Shown here in pieces: positions 28,139-38,053 of a stretch of 64,000 nucleotides of DNA. The notes below the pieces were generated by a model. That model did no database searches, was not told the origin of the DNA, and was given only the letters and a program-made list of their open reading frames with translations. Position numbers and translations under genes: made by a program. This stretch comes from a virus, in IMG/VR virus record IMGVR_UViG_3300027413_000002. One strand, given 5' to 3'. How positions within the stretch are numbered: position 1 is the first letter of the stretch; each line of letters begins with the position of its first letter.

Positions 28139-28524
28139 TATCCTAGATCTCCTTGATTCTGATGCTGCTGAGAACCATATCCAGAAACTTTGGCGCACTC
28201 TACAATAACTGTGCCGCCTGCACCGCCAGCAATTACAATTGCGATGTCTGATGTGTTCTCATCGTTGTCTGTAAACCCATAAAAGTCCATACGACCTGTA
28301 ACTTGAAGTTCGTATAATACTTTAGAATTCCTTGTTACCTGCGCAGAAGCACCGCTTGATAATGCCCACTGAATGTTCTTGATATTCACAGTAGGCGATG
28401 CTTGCGTTTCTGTAGACTTCTTCAGAGTTGTAGCCAACGCAATCGTCCCAGTAGCGGCAGTCCCTCGGACAGCGACCACGCCATGGGTTTGCGTCAATTT
28501 TAATGTGTCAACTGTGACTGCCAT
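28138..28524 (-). CDS. Hypothetical virion/head protein
   Basis: TAATG-coupled to gp21; lies in the head module. Confidence 0.65.
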   Translation of the reverse strand: MAVTVDTLKLTQTHGVVAVRGTAATGTIALATTLKKSTETQASPTVNIKNIQWALSSGASAQVTRNSKVLYELQVTGRMDFYGFTDNDENTSDIAIVIAGGAGGTVIVECAKVSGYGSQQHQNQGDLG

Positions 28525-28528
28525 TTAA

Positions 28529-29566
28529 TTATTCCTCTACTGGTTCTAGTTCCCAAACTGGGATACGTTTTAATGATTCTTTGAACATAACTTCAGCAAC
28601 AGCATCAACGCCTTCGCCCATAGTAGCAAGAACATTTCCCTTACCTTCTTTGGCGTGCATTACTTGAGCATTTGGAGCCATGTAAAATTTGGTTGTGTCG
28701 GAACTGCCTTGCGTCGGAGGAGTTTTATCTCCTGCATTACCTGCCTCTGCTGCACCATGGTTCGCAGTTGGCTCTTCAGCTTCTGGCTTATTGACACATT
28801 CCTCTTCTTCTGTTAGAGCATAATTTTCATTAACACCGCGACCTTTTGGGTGGCTCAAACTAGATGTATGATTTGCTTCCATATGCTTATGGTATGCTTT
28901 ATGAGTAGCAGAACCATGACCGCCTAAATGAGTTTTAACAAAACTCTCATGGGAGTTCTTAGCGGTAGTGGAAGCGTTGCCGTCACCAATAGCACCGACG
29001 TTATGGGCAGCTTCGTGGGAAGCATTTGCGTGGATAGCGTTGGCAACCTCTGCACCGTGTTTCTTAATATTGGCTTGGTGTGCCATCTTAACAGCAGCAT
29101 GACTGCCCTCACCGATATTATGATCAATCATGTGTGCAGTGAGGTTTGCAGAAGATTTTGCAACTTCGCTTTCTGTTAGAACATAACCTTCAGAAATGCT
29201 GTCCATATACTTCTTTTCCATATGCTTATGGTAATCTTTGTGACCAGCAGAACCGTGACCGCCTAAATGATTTTTAACAAAGTCGTTGTGTACTTTATGC
29301 CCAGCAGATCCAACGCTAGTAGCATTATGTGCTGCTTCATGATCAGCATTTGTGTGAATGGCTTTGGCGACCTTTTCACCATGTTTCTTAATATTGGCTT
29401 GGTGTGCCTTATTAACAGTGGCTTCACTGCCATCGCCAATATATGCGTTTGTTCTCAGTCTTGCCATATGGGCAGCATCTTTTGCGACACTTTCTTTAAC
29501 GACTGGATGTGCGCCTTTCATTACTCGGCTTACTACATCAACTAAATCTTTAGGTAGTGGTTTCAT
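28529..29566 (-). CDS. His-rich internal-head/prohead core protein with a duplicated ~100-aa unit
   Basis: Two copies of AHQANIKKHG...HEAAHN...FVK.HLGGHGSA.HK.YHKHME; located between portal and protease. Confidence 0.65.
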   Translation of the reverse strand: MKPLPKDLVDVVSRVMKGAHPVVKESVAKDAAHMARLRTNAYIGDGSEATVNKAHQANIKKHGEKVAKAIHTNADHEAAHNATSVGSAGHKVHNDFVKNHLGGHGSAGHKDYHKHMEKKYMDSISEGYVLTESEVAKSSANLTAHMIDHNIGEGSHAAVKMAHQANIKKHGAEVANAIHANASHEAAHNVGAIGDGNASTTAKNSHESFVKTHLGGHGSATHKAYHKHMEANHTSSLSHPKGRGVNENYALTEEEECVNKPEAEEPTANHGAAEAGNAGDKTPPTQGSSDTTKFYMAPNAQVMHAKEGKGNVLATMGEGVDAVAEVMFKESLKRIPVWELEPVEE

Positions 29567-29567
29567 T

Positions 29568-29834
29568 TTATTCTTCCGTTTCTGGTTCTGTTGGAACTGC
29601 AGCATCAACATCGCCAGCAGTCGGTTCTGGTAATTCTATTTGTTGATTGAACATACTTCCAGCAACTTCAGCTTTTCTATCAGCTACCATTGCATCAGCA
29701 CGGTCATTCATCATACTATTGAATGTATCCTGAGCATCTGTCAGTTTACCATCCTTCCACTGATCCATCATATTACGAACTGCGTCTGCACGTGCATTTT
29801 CAACTTCACGTTCTACGTTTTCTTCACTCATCAT
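29568..29834 (-). CDS. Small acidic prohead core protein (gp67-like position)
   Basis: Directly after the portal gene; acidic and predicted helical. Confidence 0.6.
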   Translation of the reverse strand: MMSEENVEREVENARADAVRNMMDQWKDGKLTDAQDTFNSMMNDRADAMVADRKAEVAGSMFNQQIELPEPTAGDVDAAVPTEPETEE

Positions 29835-31341
29835 TTCCACCTTCATATTGTTGCGGCTCGACCTTCAAGGACTCACCATCTATTTGCTTGTTGATTGCGT
29901 CGATTTCATCATCGCGCATTTTTAAAATTTCTTTTTGCACATACTCTTTAGAGAAGTATTCACCGACATAGTTAGATAGACCATTCAACACTTCTACCCG
30001 ACTACGCAAGATCTCTTGCTCTTTAGACTCAGTGTAGTATGCATCGGAAGCATACTTATATTGTAGACCATCGCGGATACTTGGCCAATCATCTTCTGTG
30101 ATTATGCCTTTAAGAATCAGCTGCGTCTTGACCAAGTCGTCAAACATTGCAGAAAAACGTCTACGAAGTTTTGCGATAAACTTGGTAAACTTTAATTCAT
30201 CTCTGCTAATCTCAGCACTACGTCCGAAATTAAGACCTTGTTGTGCACCTTCTAATCTAGAGATGGGGACATTCAACGCTTGATAAAGTTTGCGTTGGAA
30301 GTAATCTACGTCACCAGTTTCTCCGAGATTAGAACCTCCTGGAAGTGTTTGAATCTCTGTGCCTCTACCGCCTTCGCGTCTTGGCATCCAGAAGTCTTCA
30401 AGCATCGACATAAACTTCTTGTCGTCACGGATCTCTCCAGACTCACCATCATAAACTAATTTGTTACGATAGCGATTCATAATATCTTTGAGATACTGCT
30501 CTGCCTTCATTGTGGGCAGATTACCAGTATCTACATAAAAAACTCTGCGCTCTGGAGCGCGGGTAATACGGTATACAACAACAGCATTCTCCATCATTCT
30601 CAGCTGATTTGCTGGACGGATAGCTTTGTGTAAATATGACAACGGGATATTTTTATCTTGGTCTAAGAGACCTGAGGGAATGTAGGTAACAGCATCCTTC
30701 GAGATCTTCAGAGATTTATCGTTAGCGTTTCCTGCTTTATACTGTCCAGGTTTGTTAGCGATACCCTTGTCGTCATAAATGAAATACTCTTTTACCTCTT
30801 TGACCATACTGACGCCAGTCTTAGGATCTTTTTCCTTCTTGACATCACGCACTTTCTTTATTTTGCGTGGGTCAATATACCTGACATCGTGTAGACCTTT
30901 TCTTGGGTTGGTTTTATCGACAACTTTGTGGAAGTAAATTCTTCCATCGATGTACCAACGTCTGTAGTAATCTTGTGCACGATTGTTGAAGTCCATCAAC
31001 GATAATACATTGTCAAATTCATCAGCGATTGCTTTCTTAACAGCTGTTGACGCTGGGACACCATCTGTGTCAATCGTTACTGGCTTTTCGTCGTCAAGGT
31101 TCGAGATACTATCATTGACAATATCTTCGATTGCAGTGTCGATATCGGCATACATTGATATGTCCCGATAACGCTTGATGAGTTGCTCTTCAGTATTAGC
31201 AACTCCCTCGACATCGAAATAAGTGCCATAGTAACCACCACCACGGATGGCTTCCAATGCACCATCAGAATCAGGAGCAACGAAAGACTGTGCAGCTTTC
31301 GGCTCCTTTTTCCGATTGATTTCAAATCCAAACAATTCCAT
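29824..31341 (-). CDS. 20: Portal protein gp20
   Basis: LFGFEI, WYIDGR, SYLHKAI, YRITRAPERRVFYVD, MLEDFWMPRREGGRGTEI, RDELKF. Confidence 0.99.
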   Translation of the reverse strand: MELFGFEINRKKEPKAAQSFVAPDSDGALEAIRGGGYYGTYFDVEGVANTEEQLIKRYRDISMYADIDTAIEDIVNDSISNLDDEKPVTIDTDGVPASTAVKKAIADEFDNVLSLMDFNNRAQDYYRRWYIDGRIYFHKVVDKTNPRKGLHDVRYIDPRKIKKVRDVKKEKDPKTGVSMVKEVKEYFIYDDKGIANKPGQYKAGNANDKSLKISKDAVTYIPSGLLDQDKNIPLSYLHKAIRPANQLRMMENAVVVYRITRAPERRVFYVDTGNLPTMKAEQYLKDIMNRYRNKLVYDGESGEIRDDKKFMSMLEDFWMPRREGGRGTEIQTLPGGSNLGETGDVDYFQRKLYQALNVPISRLEGAQQGLNFGRSAEISRDELKFTKFIAKLRRRFSAMFDDLVKTQLILKGIITEDDWPSIRDGLQYKYASDAYYTESKEQEILRSRVEVLNGLSNYVGEYFSKEYVQKEILKMRDDEIDAINKQIDGESLKVEPQQYEGGNDE

Positions 31342-31377
31342 TATATTTTCCTCTATACCTAATAGATGTTATATTAT

Positions 31378-31893
31378 TTATACTACATCATAATGGGTAT
31401 ATTGGAAGGTCACCGTAAACTCTTCAAAGATATCGTTCTGTGCATACTGCAAGGTGATTTCCGACATATTGATTGGGAAGCAATTACGCAAGGTATACTT
31501 ACCTCCAACCAACACTTCATCGTTACGATCCAAATGCTCGACACCAATGTCAGCTTGGTATTCGCTTGGAGTGAGGATACCAGTATTGTCTTCACGATTA
31601 TTCAAACCATTCATCCACTGCTCGAATGGCTGGCGTAGTGAGAAACCAGAGTCGTTCACGATTGTTACGGTGAACGGGTCAAAGATTCTTTCACCAGCCA
31701 GTTTGATCTCACGACCACGATACTGGATGATTGCAGGGTTTACGTTAGAGGCTGGAAGTGCCGCCCCAGTTACCAAAAGACTATAGCTTGTGTCAACATT
31801 AGGCACATAGCTTGGGAATGCTAGGCTTACGCGAAACTGATTTGGTCTCGCTCCACCCGCACCTAATCTAGCCTTAAATTCTTCAATATTCAT
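31378..31893 (-). CDS. 19: Tail tube protein gp19
   Basis: GGARPNQF, YRGREIKLAGER.F, EEFTVTFQY. Confidence 0.96.
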   Translation of the reverse strand: MNIEEFKARLGAGGARPNQFRVSLAFPSYVPNVDTSYSLLVTGAALPASNVNPAIIQYRGREIKLAGERIFDPFTVTIVNDSGFSLRQPFEQWMNGLNNREDNTGILTPSEYQADIGVEHLDRNDEVLVGGKYTLRNCFPINMSEITLQYAQNDIFEEFTVTFQYTHYDVV

Positions 31894-31915
31894 TTCTGTC
31901 TCCTATAATTCTAGA

Positions 31916-34159
31916 TTAAGCACCCAGCTCTTCGAACGAGATACCTGTTCGAGTCGCTACGAATGTCAAAGTGATAAAGTTGATTGATTTCGCTGGCTTA
32001 ATAAAGATGTCAGCGCGGAATTCGTTGCTGTCAATAACCTGTCCAGTGTTATTTGTTTCGTCACAAACAACGCGGAAGTCATAAACACCGCGACGACCTT
32101 GTACATCACGCAAGAACGGTTCTACCAGAGAACGGAACTGGGCACGAGTAAAGGCATCGTTGAATTCAAACAACTGGAACTTAGCAGCTGCCGCCACTGC
32201 TTTCTCGATAACGATAAACAGTCTACGAACATTGATACGGTTAAATGCGCTGGATCTAGCCAGTAGAGTCTTATCACCGAACAAGATAATACCTTGCTGA
32301 GACGACTGAACGATTGGGTTCACGCCAGCAGAGTATAATGTGTCGCGGTCAGACTTCTTAGGATTGAATGCCAACTTAACAGCGTTCTTGATAGAACCGC
32401 GATTTACACCAGCAGGTGAGAACCATGGATCAGCTTCAAGGTCAGCAGTTACACAGCAACCAGCAGTGTCAGCATTACAAGGAACCCACGCATAAGCATC
32501 GTTGTATCGGTCATACATATACTTCCAACCACTATCCATGACAGCGAAAGAAGATCTTGTGTAGTTTGCCAACTCAGCTTTGATGTCAGTTACTTCAGAA
32601 CCTGAGTTATTTACAACACTTGCTTTTGCAGGGGAAACAAACGCGAGGCAGTCTTTACGGATCTCAGTGATATTGTCGATGATATAATCACCAACAGTCG
32701 AACTATGAGCACCAGCAAAGATTAAGCTAACATCAGTTTCTTCGTCATTAGCGAACTTCAAGTAAGAAGCCTGCAGATCTCCATCAGTCGGTGAAACATG
32801 TACACCACCAGAGAAAGACCAAGCAACCACGTCATTCGAAGTTAGAATTCTTGGATACGGTTGTGACGTACCAGCAGCTGAAATATTAGCTAATGTTGTC
32901 GCCAAGTCTTGTCCCCAAGGAGTACCAACAGAAGTTGCTGTTGTGTCAACCTGATCAGTGAAACGAATCCACTTAGATTTTGCATTAATCGCGTCTTTGT
33001 AGTAATTTACGGAGTTGTCATCAGCGCGAGCACCTTGAATTTTTGAGAGTCCTTCATACTTCTCAAGAACAGTTCCAGCTTTACCAGTGATAGCACCGTT
33101 TTCGTCAATTACGATAAGATGTAATTCGTCAAAGTTCACACCATTAGAATTCGCCCAGTCAGTAGTTCCTGGAACTGTATCAAACTCTTTCTCATATGTC
33201 CACTGTGTTACCAAAGTTACAGTAGCTGCAGCACCTGTGCCACCGCCACCAGAGAAAGTGACTGCAGGAGCAGAAGTGTACCCAAATCCTGGATAGGCAA
33301 TTGTAACACTACTAACAGCGTCACCAGTTAGAGCAGCGACACCAACAGCAGTACCGCCATTGGAAGGCGAGGCACCGATTGCTACAGTAGGAGCAGAGGT
33401 ATAACCAGAACCACCAGCACCTATAGTGACAGTCATTGAAACGCTAGTACCGAATGTTCCGATGTCACCGACAGAAACCTTCAGGCTGTTTCCGAGTATG
33501 CCTGCATATTTTGCGGCAAATGGACCAACACCATTAGTTTCACCAGCGTACGATGCGTCATATTCATCATCGTTTCTGATCAGCTTACCGATTGGGTTGG
33601 CGTCATCGATCAAAACAGTAGCAGTTGCACCAGAACCACCGCCACCAGAAATGGTTACGACTGGGTCAGTGCCATCGATTGCATAACCGAAACCTGCATC
33701 TGTGATAGTGATTGCTGATACTGCTGCGCCTGTGATAGTTGCTGTTGCCGTTGCAGCTCGACCGCCATTTGCTGGTGTTACACCAGTTGGATCAGCGATT
33801 GTGACTGTTGGGGCAGAGGTATAACCAGAACCAGCAGCAGTTACTGTCGCAACACCAGTCAAAGCACCGTTTGCCGTTGCAACAGCGTTTCTTGCAGTTG
33901 CGCCAACTTCTCTCGATACAAGAAGGTTTGAACCGTATGCTAAGAAAGATGAAGCTGTAAGGAAGTCTACATTGTTTGCTTTTGCTGGCTTGCCGAAACG
34001 CTCAACTAATTCGTTTTCACCTGAGATTGAAACTAACTCCCTAGCTGGACCCCAAGCGAAATCGCCTGCAAACCCACCGACTGTAGTTCCAACAGCAGGA
34101 ACGACAGCTGTCGCGTCTTGTTCTCTTACGAGAACTCCTGGACTTAATTGAAATGCCAT
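31916..34159 (-). CDS. 18: Tail sheath protein gp18 with inserted GSGYTSAPTV modules
   Basis: FQLSPGV, PWFSPAG, FGDKT, RINVRRLF, FEFND, IKPAKSINFI. Confidence 0.98.
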   Translation of the reverse strand: MAFQLSPGVLVREQDATAVVPAVGTTVGGFAGDFAWGPARELVSISGENELVERFGKPAKANNVDFLTASSFLAYGSNLLVSREVGATARNAVATANGALTGVATVTAAGSGYTSAPTVTIADPTGVTPANGGRAATATATITGAAVSAITITDAGFGYAIDGTDPVVTISGGGGSGATATVLIDDANPIGKLIRNDDEYDASYAGETNGVGPFAAKYAGILGNSLKVSVGDIGTFGTSVSMTVTIGAGGSGYTSAPTVAIGASPSNGGTAVGVAALTGDAVSSVTIAYPGFGYTSAPAVTFSGGGGTGAAATVTLVTQWTYEKEFDTVPGTTDWANSNGVNFDELHLIVIDENGAITGKAGTVLEKYEGLSKIQGARADDNSVNYYKDAINAKSKWIRFTDQVDTTATSVGTPWGQDLATTLANISAAGTSQPYPRILTSNDVVAWSFSGGVHVSPTDGDLQASYLKFANDEETDVSLIFAGAHSSTVGDYIIDNITEIRKDCLAFVSPAKASVVNNSGSEVTDIKAELANYTRSSFAVMDSGWKYMYDRYNDAYAWVPCNADTAGCCVTADLEADPWFSPAGVNRGSIKNAVKLAFNPKKSDRDTLYSAGVNPIVQSSQQGIILFGDKTLLARSSAFNRINVRRLFIVIEKAVAAAAKFQLFEFNDAFTRAQFRSLVEPFLRDVQGRRGVYDFRVVCDETNNTGQVIDSNEFRADIFIKPAKSINFITLTFVATRTGISFEELGA

Positions 34160-34224
34160 TTTTTATCTCCTCGATATTATGGATAATCGTTATTATTATG
34201 CTAAATTGCTTTTACTGAAATTAT

Positions 34225-35862
34225 TTATAATAATGACGTTTTCTCTTGGTTTATCGTATACCAGATATCACCGCCCATAATCTCTACTTCTTCCTCTGTT
34301 CCATCTACTATTTGACCAAAAGGAGTTAAATCGTTCTCAATCATACGCATCTCAGCGTTGAATAATCCTTCCCGAACATTCACATTAGTTAGATCTGTGA
34401 AGAATGAGTTGGTTGTAACCCAACCAAACAACACTAATGTCATCGCGAGGTCATCGTTATACCCCTCGTCGGCTTGGAAAGTCTGTCCCTTTTCTGTGAA
34501 AACAGATAATTCACCGATAACTTCAGCATCGTGAATCAATAATTTGGTATCTTCAACAAGAGATTTAATTGCAAAACAACCCTGACGTTTCACTGCCTTG
34601 GATGTTGTAACACCGAGTTTTGCTGAACGACCAAATCCAGGAGTTAGATATTGCTTTCCGTTCTCAGTCAGAGTTGTAAAGATATTCTCATATTCTTCTT
34701 CTTGGTGTAAAATATCTAATACTTGTTGACCGATATCGTTCGCTTCAACTAACACATACGCATTGTTAAAGTCTTTTCCGACTTTGGATATGATACTAGG
34801 ATATAACATCGGAGATATTTTATTATCTTTATACTTACCGACTAACCGATATGGCATCTCTGTTACATCAATCAATGTAAATGCTGAATAATCACCACCA
34901 ACTCCTCGAGCCACGTCTACCGTCATCATATAGTAGTGGTCGGGTATTGGATTCTCATATAGATCTAAGCCATCTTTGCTGTATTCGGGGTTTTTCGCAG
35001 ACATAACCGCCAATGTTTTACCATTGATCAGCGTATTTGTAGAACCCAAGAACTCACAAAGAACTTCCTGATTAAATTTCAAATCGCCAAGAAGTTTATT
35101 TTGTTCTTCTGCCCATGCCTCATCCCTTCCTGGAATTTCACTATAGTGAATGAACATTCTCTTGAATCCATTCTCGCCATTCTCAGCTTCATTCCAGAAT
35201 TTCCAAAAATGATTATAACCGAGTGGCGTAGAAGTCAATAGAATCTTTGTAGTTTGACCAGCAGAAATGGTTGGATAAACAGCGGTGAAAAACTCTTCAG
35301 CAATATTATTTGGGATGATTGCTGCCTCATCGATGTACAGCCAGTTTACCGACTTTCCTCGAATACCAGAAGATGTTGTTGCCGCAGTAAATACAACAGA
35401 GCCATTTTCTAGATCGACATTACCTTTGTTCCAAGTCTTTACGCCCTGTTGCATCCATATTGGAAGACCCTCGTACATAATCTGGTATCGAGAAAGAACT
35501 TCTCTCGCTGCTGCTGTTTTGTTGGCGAGGATCGCGACGGTTTTATTTTCTTGGAAGATACTATAGTGGAGGATACAGGCTGCAGCTGTTACAGTTTTAC
35601 CTTGCTGACGACCCTCCATCAAGATAGTCTGCCGATTATTCATGATGAAATCGACTTTTTCTTTTTGACAGGGATATAACTTAAATGGTTGCAACCCCTT
35701 ATCCAGAGTTACAATCTGACAATAGTTCTCAATGAAATAAATTGGGTCATCTTTGCACTTCAGGAGTTCGTTTATTTGCTCCTTTGTGAAATCGTGTTGA
35801 TGACCAATAGATTTTAAATTTGGATTTCCGTGATAGGAAGTTTCTTCAGTCGGTATTGCCAT
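34225..35862 (-). CDS. 17: Terminase large subunit gp17
   Basis: YHGNPNLK, RQQGKT, YIDEAA, STPLG, DVARG, NDDLAM. Confidence 0.98.
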   Translation of the reverse strand: MAIPTEETSYHGNPNLKSIGHQHDFTKEQINELLKCKDDPIYFIENYCQIVTLDKGLQPFKLYPCQKEKVDFIMNNRQTILMEGRQQGKTVTAAACILHYSIFQENKTVAILANKTAAAREVLSRYQIMYEGLPIWMQQGVKTWNKGNVDLENGSVVFTAATTSSGIRGKSVNWLYIDEAAIIPNNIAEEFFTAVYPTISAGQTTKILLTSTPLGYNHFWKFWNEAENGENGFKRMFIHYSEIPGRDEAWAEEQNKLLGDLKFNQEVLCEFLGSTNTLINGKTLAVMSAKNPEYSKDGLDLYENPIPDHYYMMTVDVARGVGGDYSAFTLIDVTEMPYRLVGKYKDNKISPMLYPSIISKVGKDFNNAYVLVEANDIGQQVLDILHQEEEYENIFTTLTENGKQYLTPGFGRSAKLGVTTSKAVKRQGCFAIKSLVEDTKLLIHDAEVIGELSVFTEKGQTFQADEGYNDDLAMTLVLFGWVTTNSFFTDLTNVNVREGLFNAEMRMIENDLTPFGQIVDGTEEEVEIMGGDIWYTINQEKTSLL

Positions 35863-36292
35863 TTTTTACTTCGCCTTCGATGACTTTCTCGTCATCTTGT
35901 TTCAATGCTTTCATCAGATCTGATGTGCTTCCATTAAATAGAACATTGGTCTGGTGACCGATGCTGGTGGCGGCTGGTTTTATTCCATCTGCTTGATCTA
36001 TTTTCTTTTTCTTTTGTTGCAACTCTAAAATATCTTTGGCTTGATCACCAAACATTTTAATCAACTGACCAGCAACTTCATACGCTCTCGGATTGTCGCT
36101 GTTCTCGGCAACATTGACAATGCCCTGAAGTGTCGACTCACTGTATGCCATGGCTCTTTTTAGCGCACCACGCGCCTCTTCAAAATCTTCTTCGACATTA
36201 CCATTTGTGACCACTGGTGTTGTGACCTCAGTAGACTTCGTTGAAGTCTCGAAGGTTTTATCTAAGGCATCAAATACTTTATTTTTACTCAT
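35846..36292 (-). CDS. 16: Terminase small subunit gp16
   Basis: PRAYEVAGQLIK, FNGSTSDL; start moved to MSKNKVF. Confidence 0.92.
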   Translation of the reverse strand: MSKNKVFDALDKTFETSTKSTEVTTPVVTNGNVEEDFEEARGALKRAMAYSESTLQGIVNVAENSDNPRAYEVAGQLIKMFGDQAKDILELQQKKKKIDQADGIKPAATSIGHQTNVLFNGSTSDLMKALKQDDEKVIEGEVKNGNTD

Positions 36293-37307
36293 AAGTCTCA
36301 TCAAACTCTTCAAGGAATCGGTATGCATCATCCACACCCTGATTACCTGAATCTGGTGCTTCGAATGTAACCGTTGGTACGGAAGTGTATCCACTACCGC
36401 CATCATTAATAACTACGTTCTTGACTCTGTACTTTCCAGTATTTATAGGATCGACTTCCATGACAACCGATGCTCTTGCACCAGAACCACCGCCACCAGA
36501 AATGGTAACATTTGGTCCATTCTCTCCATAGTTGCCGCCTGCATATGTAAGAGATATTGTATCGACTGACTGGCTTAATAGCGTTGCAACCCCAGTAGTT
36601 GTCGCTGCCACCACAGTATATTGTTGAGTGGTACGCGCTCCAGCCAAATCTGGATTTTGGAATATATTGGCAACTGCTTTCTTAATAACATTTTGGTCGC
36701 CCACATGACCATAGAAATTAAGTTTCATATTGAATGTGAGAGTCCAGACGATACTCGCTCTGTCTGCAAAAGTTCCTTGTGACTGGTCTTCGTACGCAAC
36801 TGAATCCAATGTGAGTTTGATGTCGCGTTTGATACCCAACTCAGGTAGATCATTGACAGTTATACTGAAGTCTGGATTGAAGAACGGAAGGATTTGTTCG
36901 ATTATTTGCAATCCATCGTCTTGGTTTTTTGCAAACACATACAGTTGTAAACTGAGGTCATATGGTGTAGATGTGAATACGCTCTTTACAGAAGTTGCCG
37001 ATCCCGAACCCTTTTTATGGTGGTGGATGGGAGAGACCCTTCTTGCTGCATCGTATTGCAGTGAGATGATTTCAAACCCCATACGAGGAAGTACAATAGC
37101 GACTTCACCACGACTTTCAACAGTCGGGACTTGCTCAATTCTAGAGATAAATTTTTGTTTTGTGGAATACGCAAGAGGCACTCTCAATGTCTGGGCGACA
37201 GAACCAGAAGAGTCTTTTCTCTCTATTATGATGTTGTTGAATATGGTTCCAAATGCCGCGACTGCTTTACGGACATGAGAGTGATAAAAATTCTTACCCT
37301 TAAACAT
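36285..37307 (-). CDS. 15: Tail sheath stabiliser gp15 with C-terminal extension
   Basis: FYH, AFGTIFN, VPLAY, LPRMGFE, QIIEQILPFF.P. Confidence 0.95.
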   Translation of the reverse strand: MFKGKNFYHSHVRKAVAAFGTIFNNIIIERKDSSGSVAQTLRVPLAYSTKQKFISRIEQVPTVESRGEVAIVLPRMGFEIISLQYDAARRVSPIHHHKKGSGSATSVKSVFTSTPYDLSLQLYVFAKNQDDGLQIIEQILPFFNPDFSITVNDLPELGIKRDIKLTLDSVAYEDQSQGTFADRASIVWTLTFNMKLNFYGHVGDQNVIKKAVANIFQNPDLAGARTTQQYTVVAATTTGVATLLSQSVDTISLTYAGGNYGENGPNVTISGGGGSGARASVVMEVDPINTGKYRVKNVVINDGGSGYTSVPTVTFEAPDSGNQGVDDAYRFLEEFDETYE

Positions 37308-38050
37308 TATAAGTCTCCGAATGGGTTAGATTCAGTGAAGTCAAGGATATTACTAGCAATCTCTGCTGCTTTGAAATCGTCTCCCTGAACAGAAGGTTTG
37401 ATTGCATAGTCTTCTTTAATGAGAGAGCCGCCATCTTCCAGTGTAAGATTACCTGAAGCATCTTCGAGAACAAGTTCGAACAGAAGTTGATCGACTGTAT
37501 TGTCGTCCTCGATCTGATCAATTGCAGTATTACCTGTGTCGATTCTTTCAGAACCATACTCGAACAACTCACATTTGAGTTTAAACACATAGATCTTACC
37601 GAGTTGGTAGAAAGGATCTTGGAATTCAACAAATTTGATTTCCATGAGGGATCTGGTTTTGGGAAAAAATAATAGATCTCCCTCCATCGGTCTGTCACCG
37701 CCACCGACAAACGTGCTTCCATCAGTGTTGTTAACAATATCGTTCCATCTCTTTCTAGACAAAACGAATGTTGCTTGGTCTCTTATCTCAAGACCAAACC
37801 GCTGGAATAATTCTCCGTCTCCCTCGAATCCTTCTGCGTTTTCTAGATACATTTCAACTGGGTATGCTTGTTCGAATTTAGATAATGCATCTTCGTCAAA
37901 GATAGTATCAGTATTCACGAATGTACGAGGCATATAGAAAATGTCATGACCATAAATCTTCAACGACTCGACAACAAGATCCTCCACTAGCCGTTGTTCA
38001 GCAGTGGTTCCAGATGTGTCGCCCGATTGAAAGTAGAAATTGGTAGCCAT
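37307..38050 (-). CDS. 14: Neck protein gp14
   Basis: EQRLVEDL, YMPR, FGLEIRD, PMEGDL, FYQLGK, FTESNPFG. Confidence 0.96.
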   Translation of the reverse strand: MATNFYFQSGDTSGTTAEQRLVEDLVVESLKIYGHDIFYMPRTFVNTDTIFDEDALSKFEQAYPVEMYLENAEGFEGDGELFQRFGLEIRDQATFVLSRKRWNDIVNNTDGSTFVGGGDRPMEGDLLFFPKTRSLMEIKFVEFQDPFYQLGKIYVFKLKCELFEYGSERIDTGNTAIDQIEDDNTVDQLLFELVLEDASGNLTLEDGGSLIKEDYAIKPSVQGDDFKAAEIASNILDFTESNPFGDL

Positions 38051-38053
38051 TTA

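Noticed and set aside
37300-37737. 145-aa alternate-frame ORF within gp14
   Set aside because: It is an off-frame overlap of a well-conserved gene and has no independent signals.
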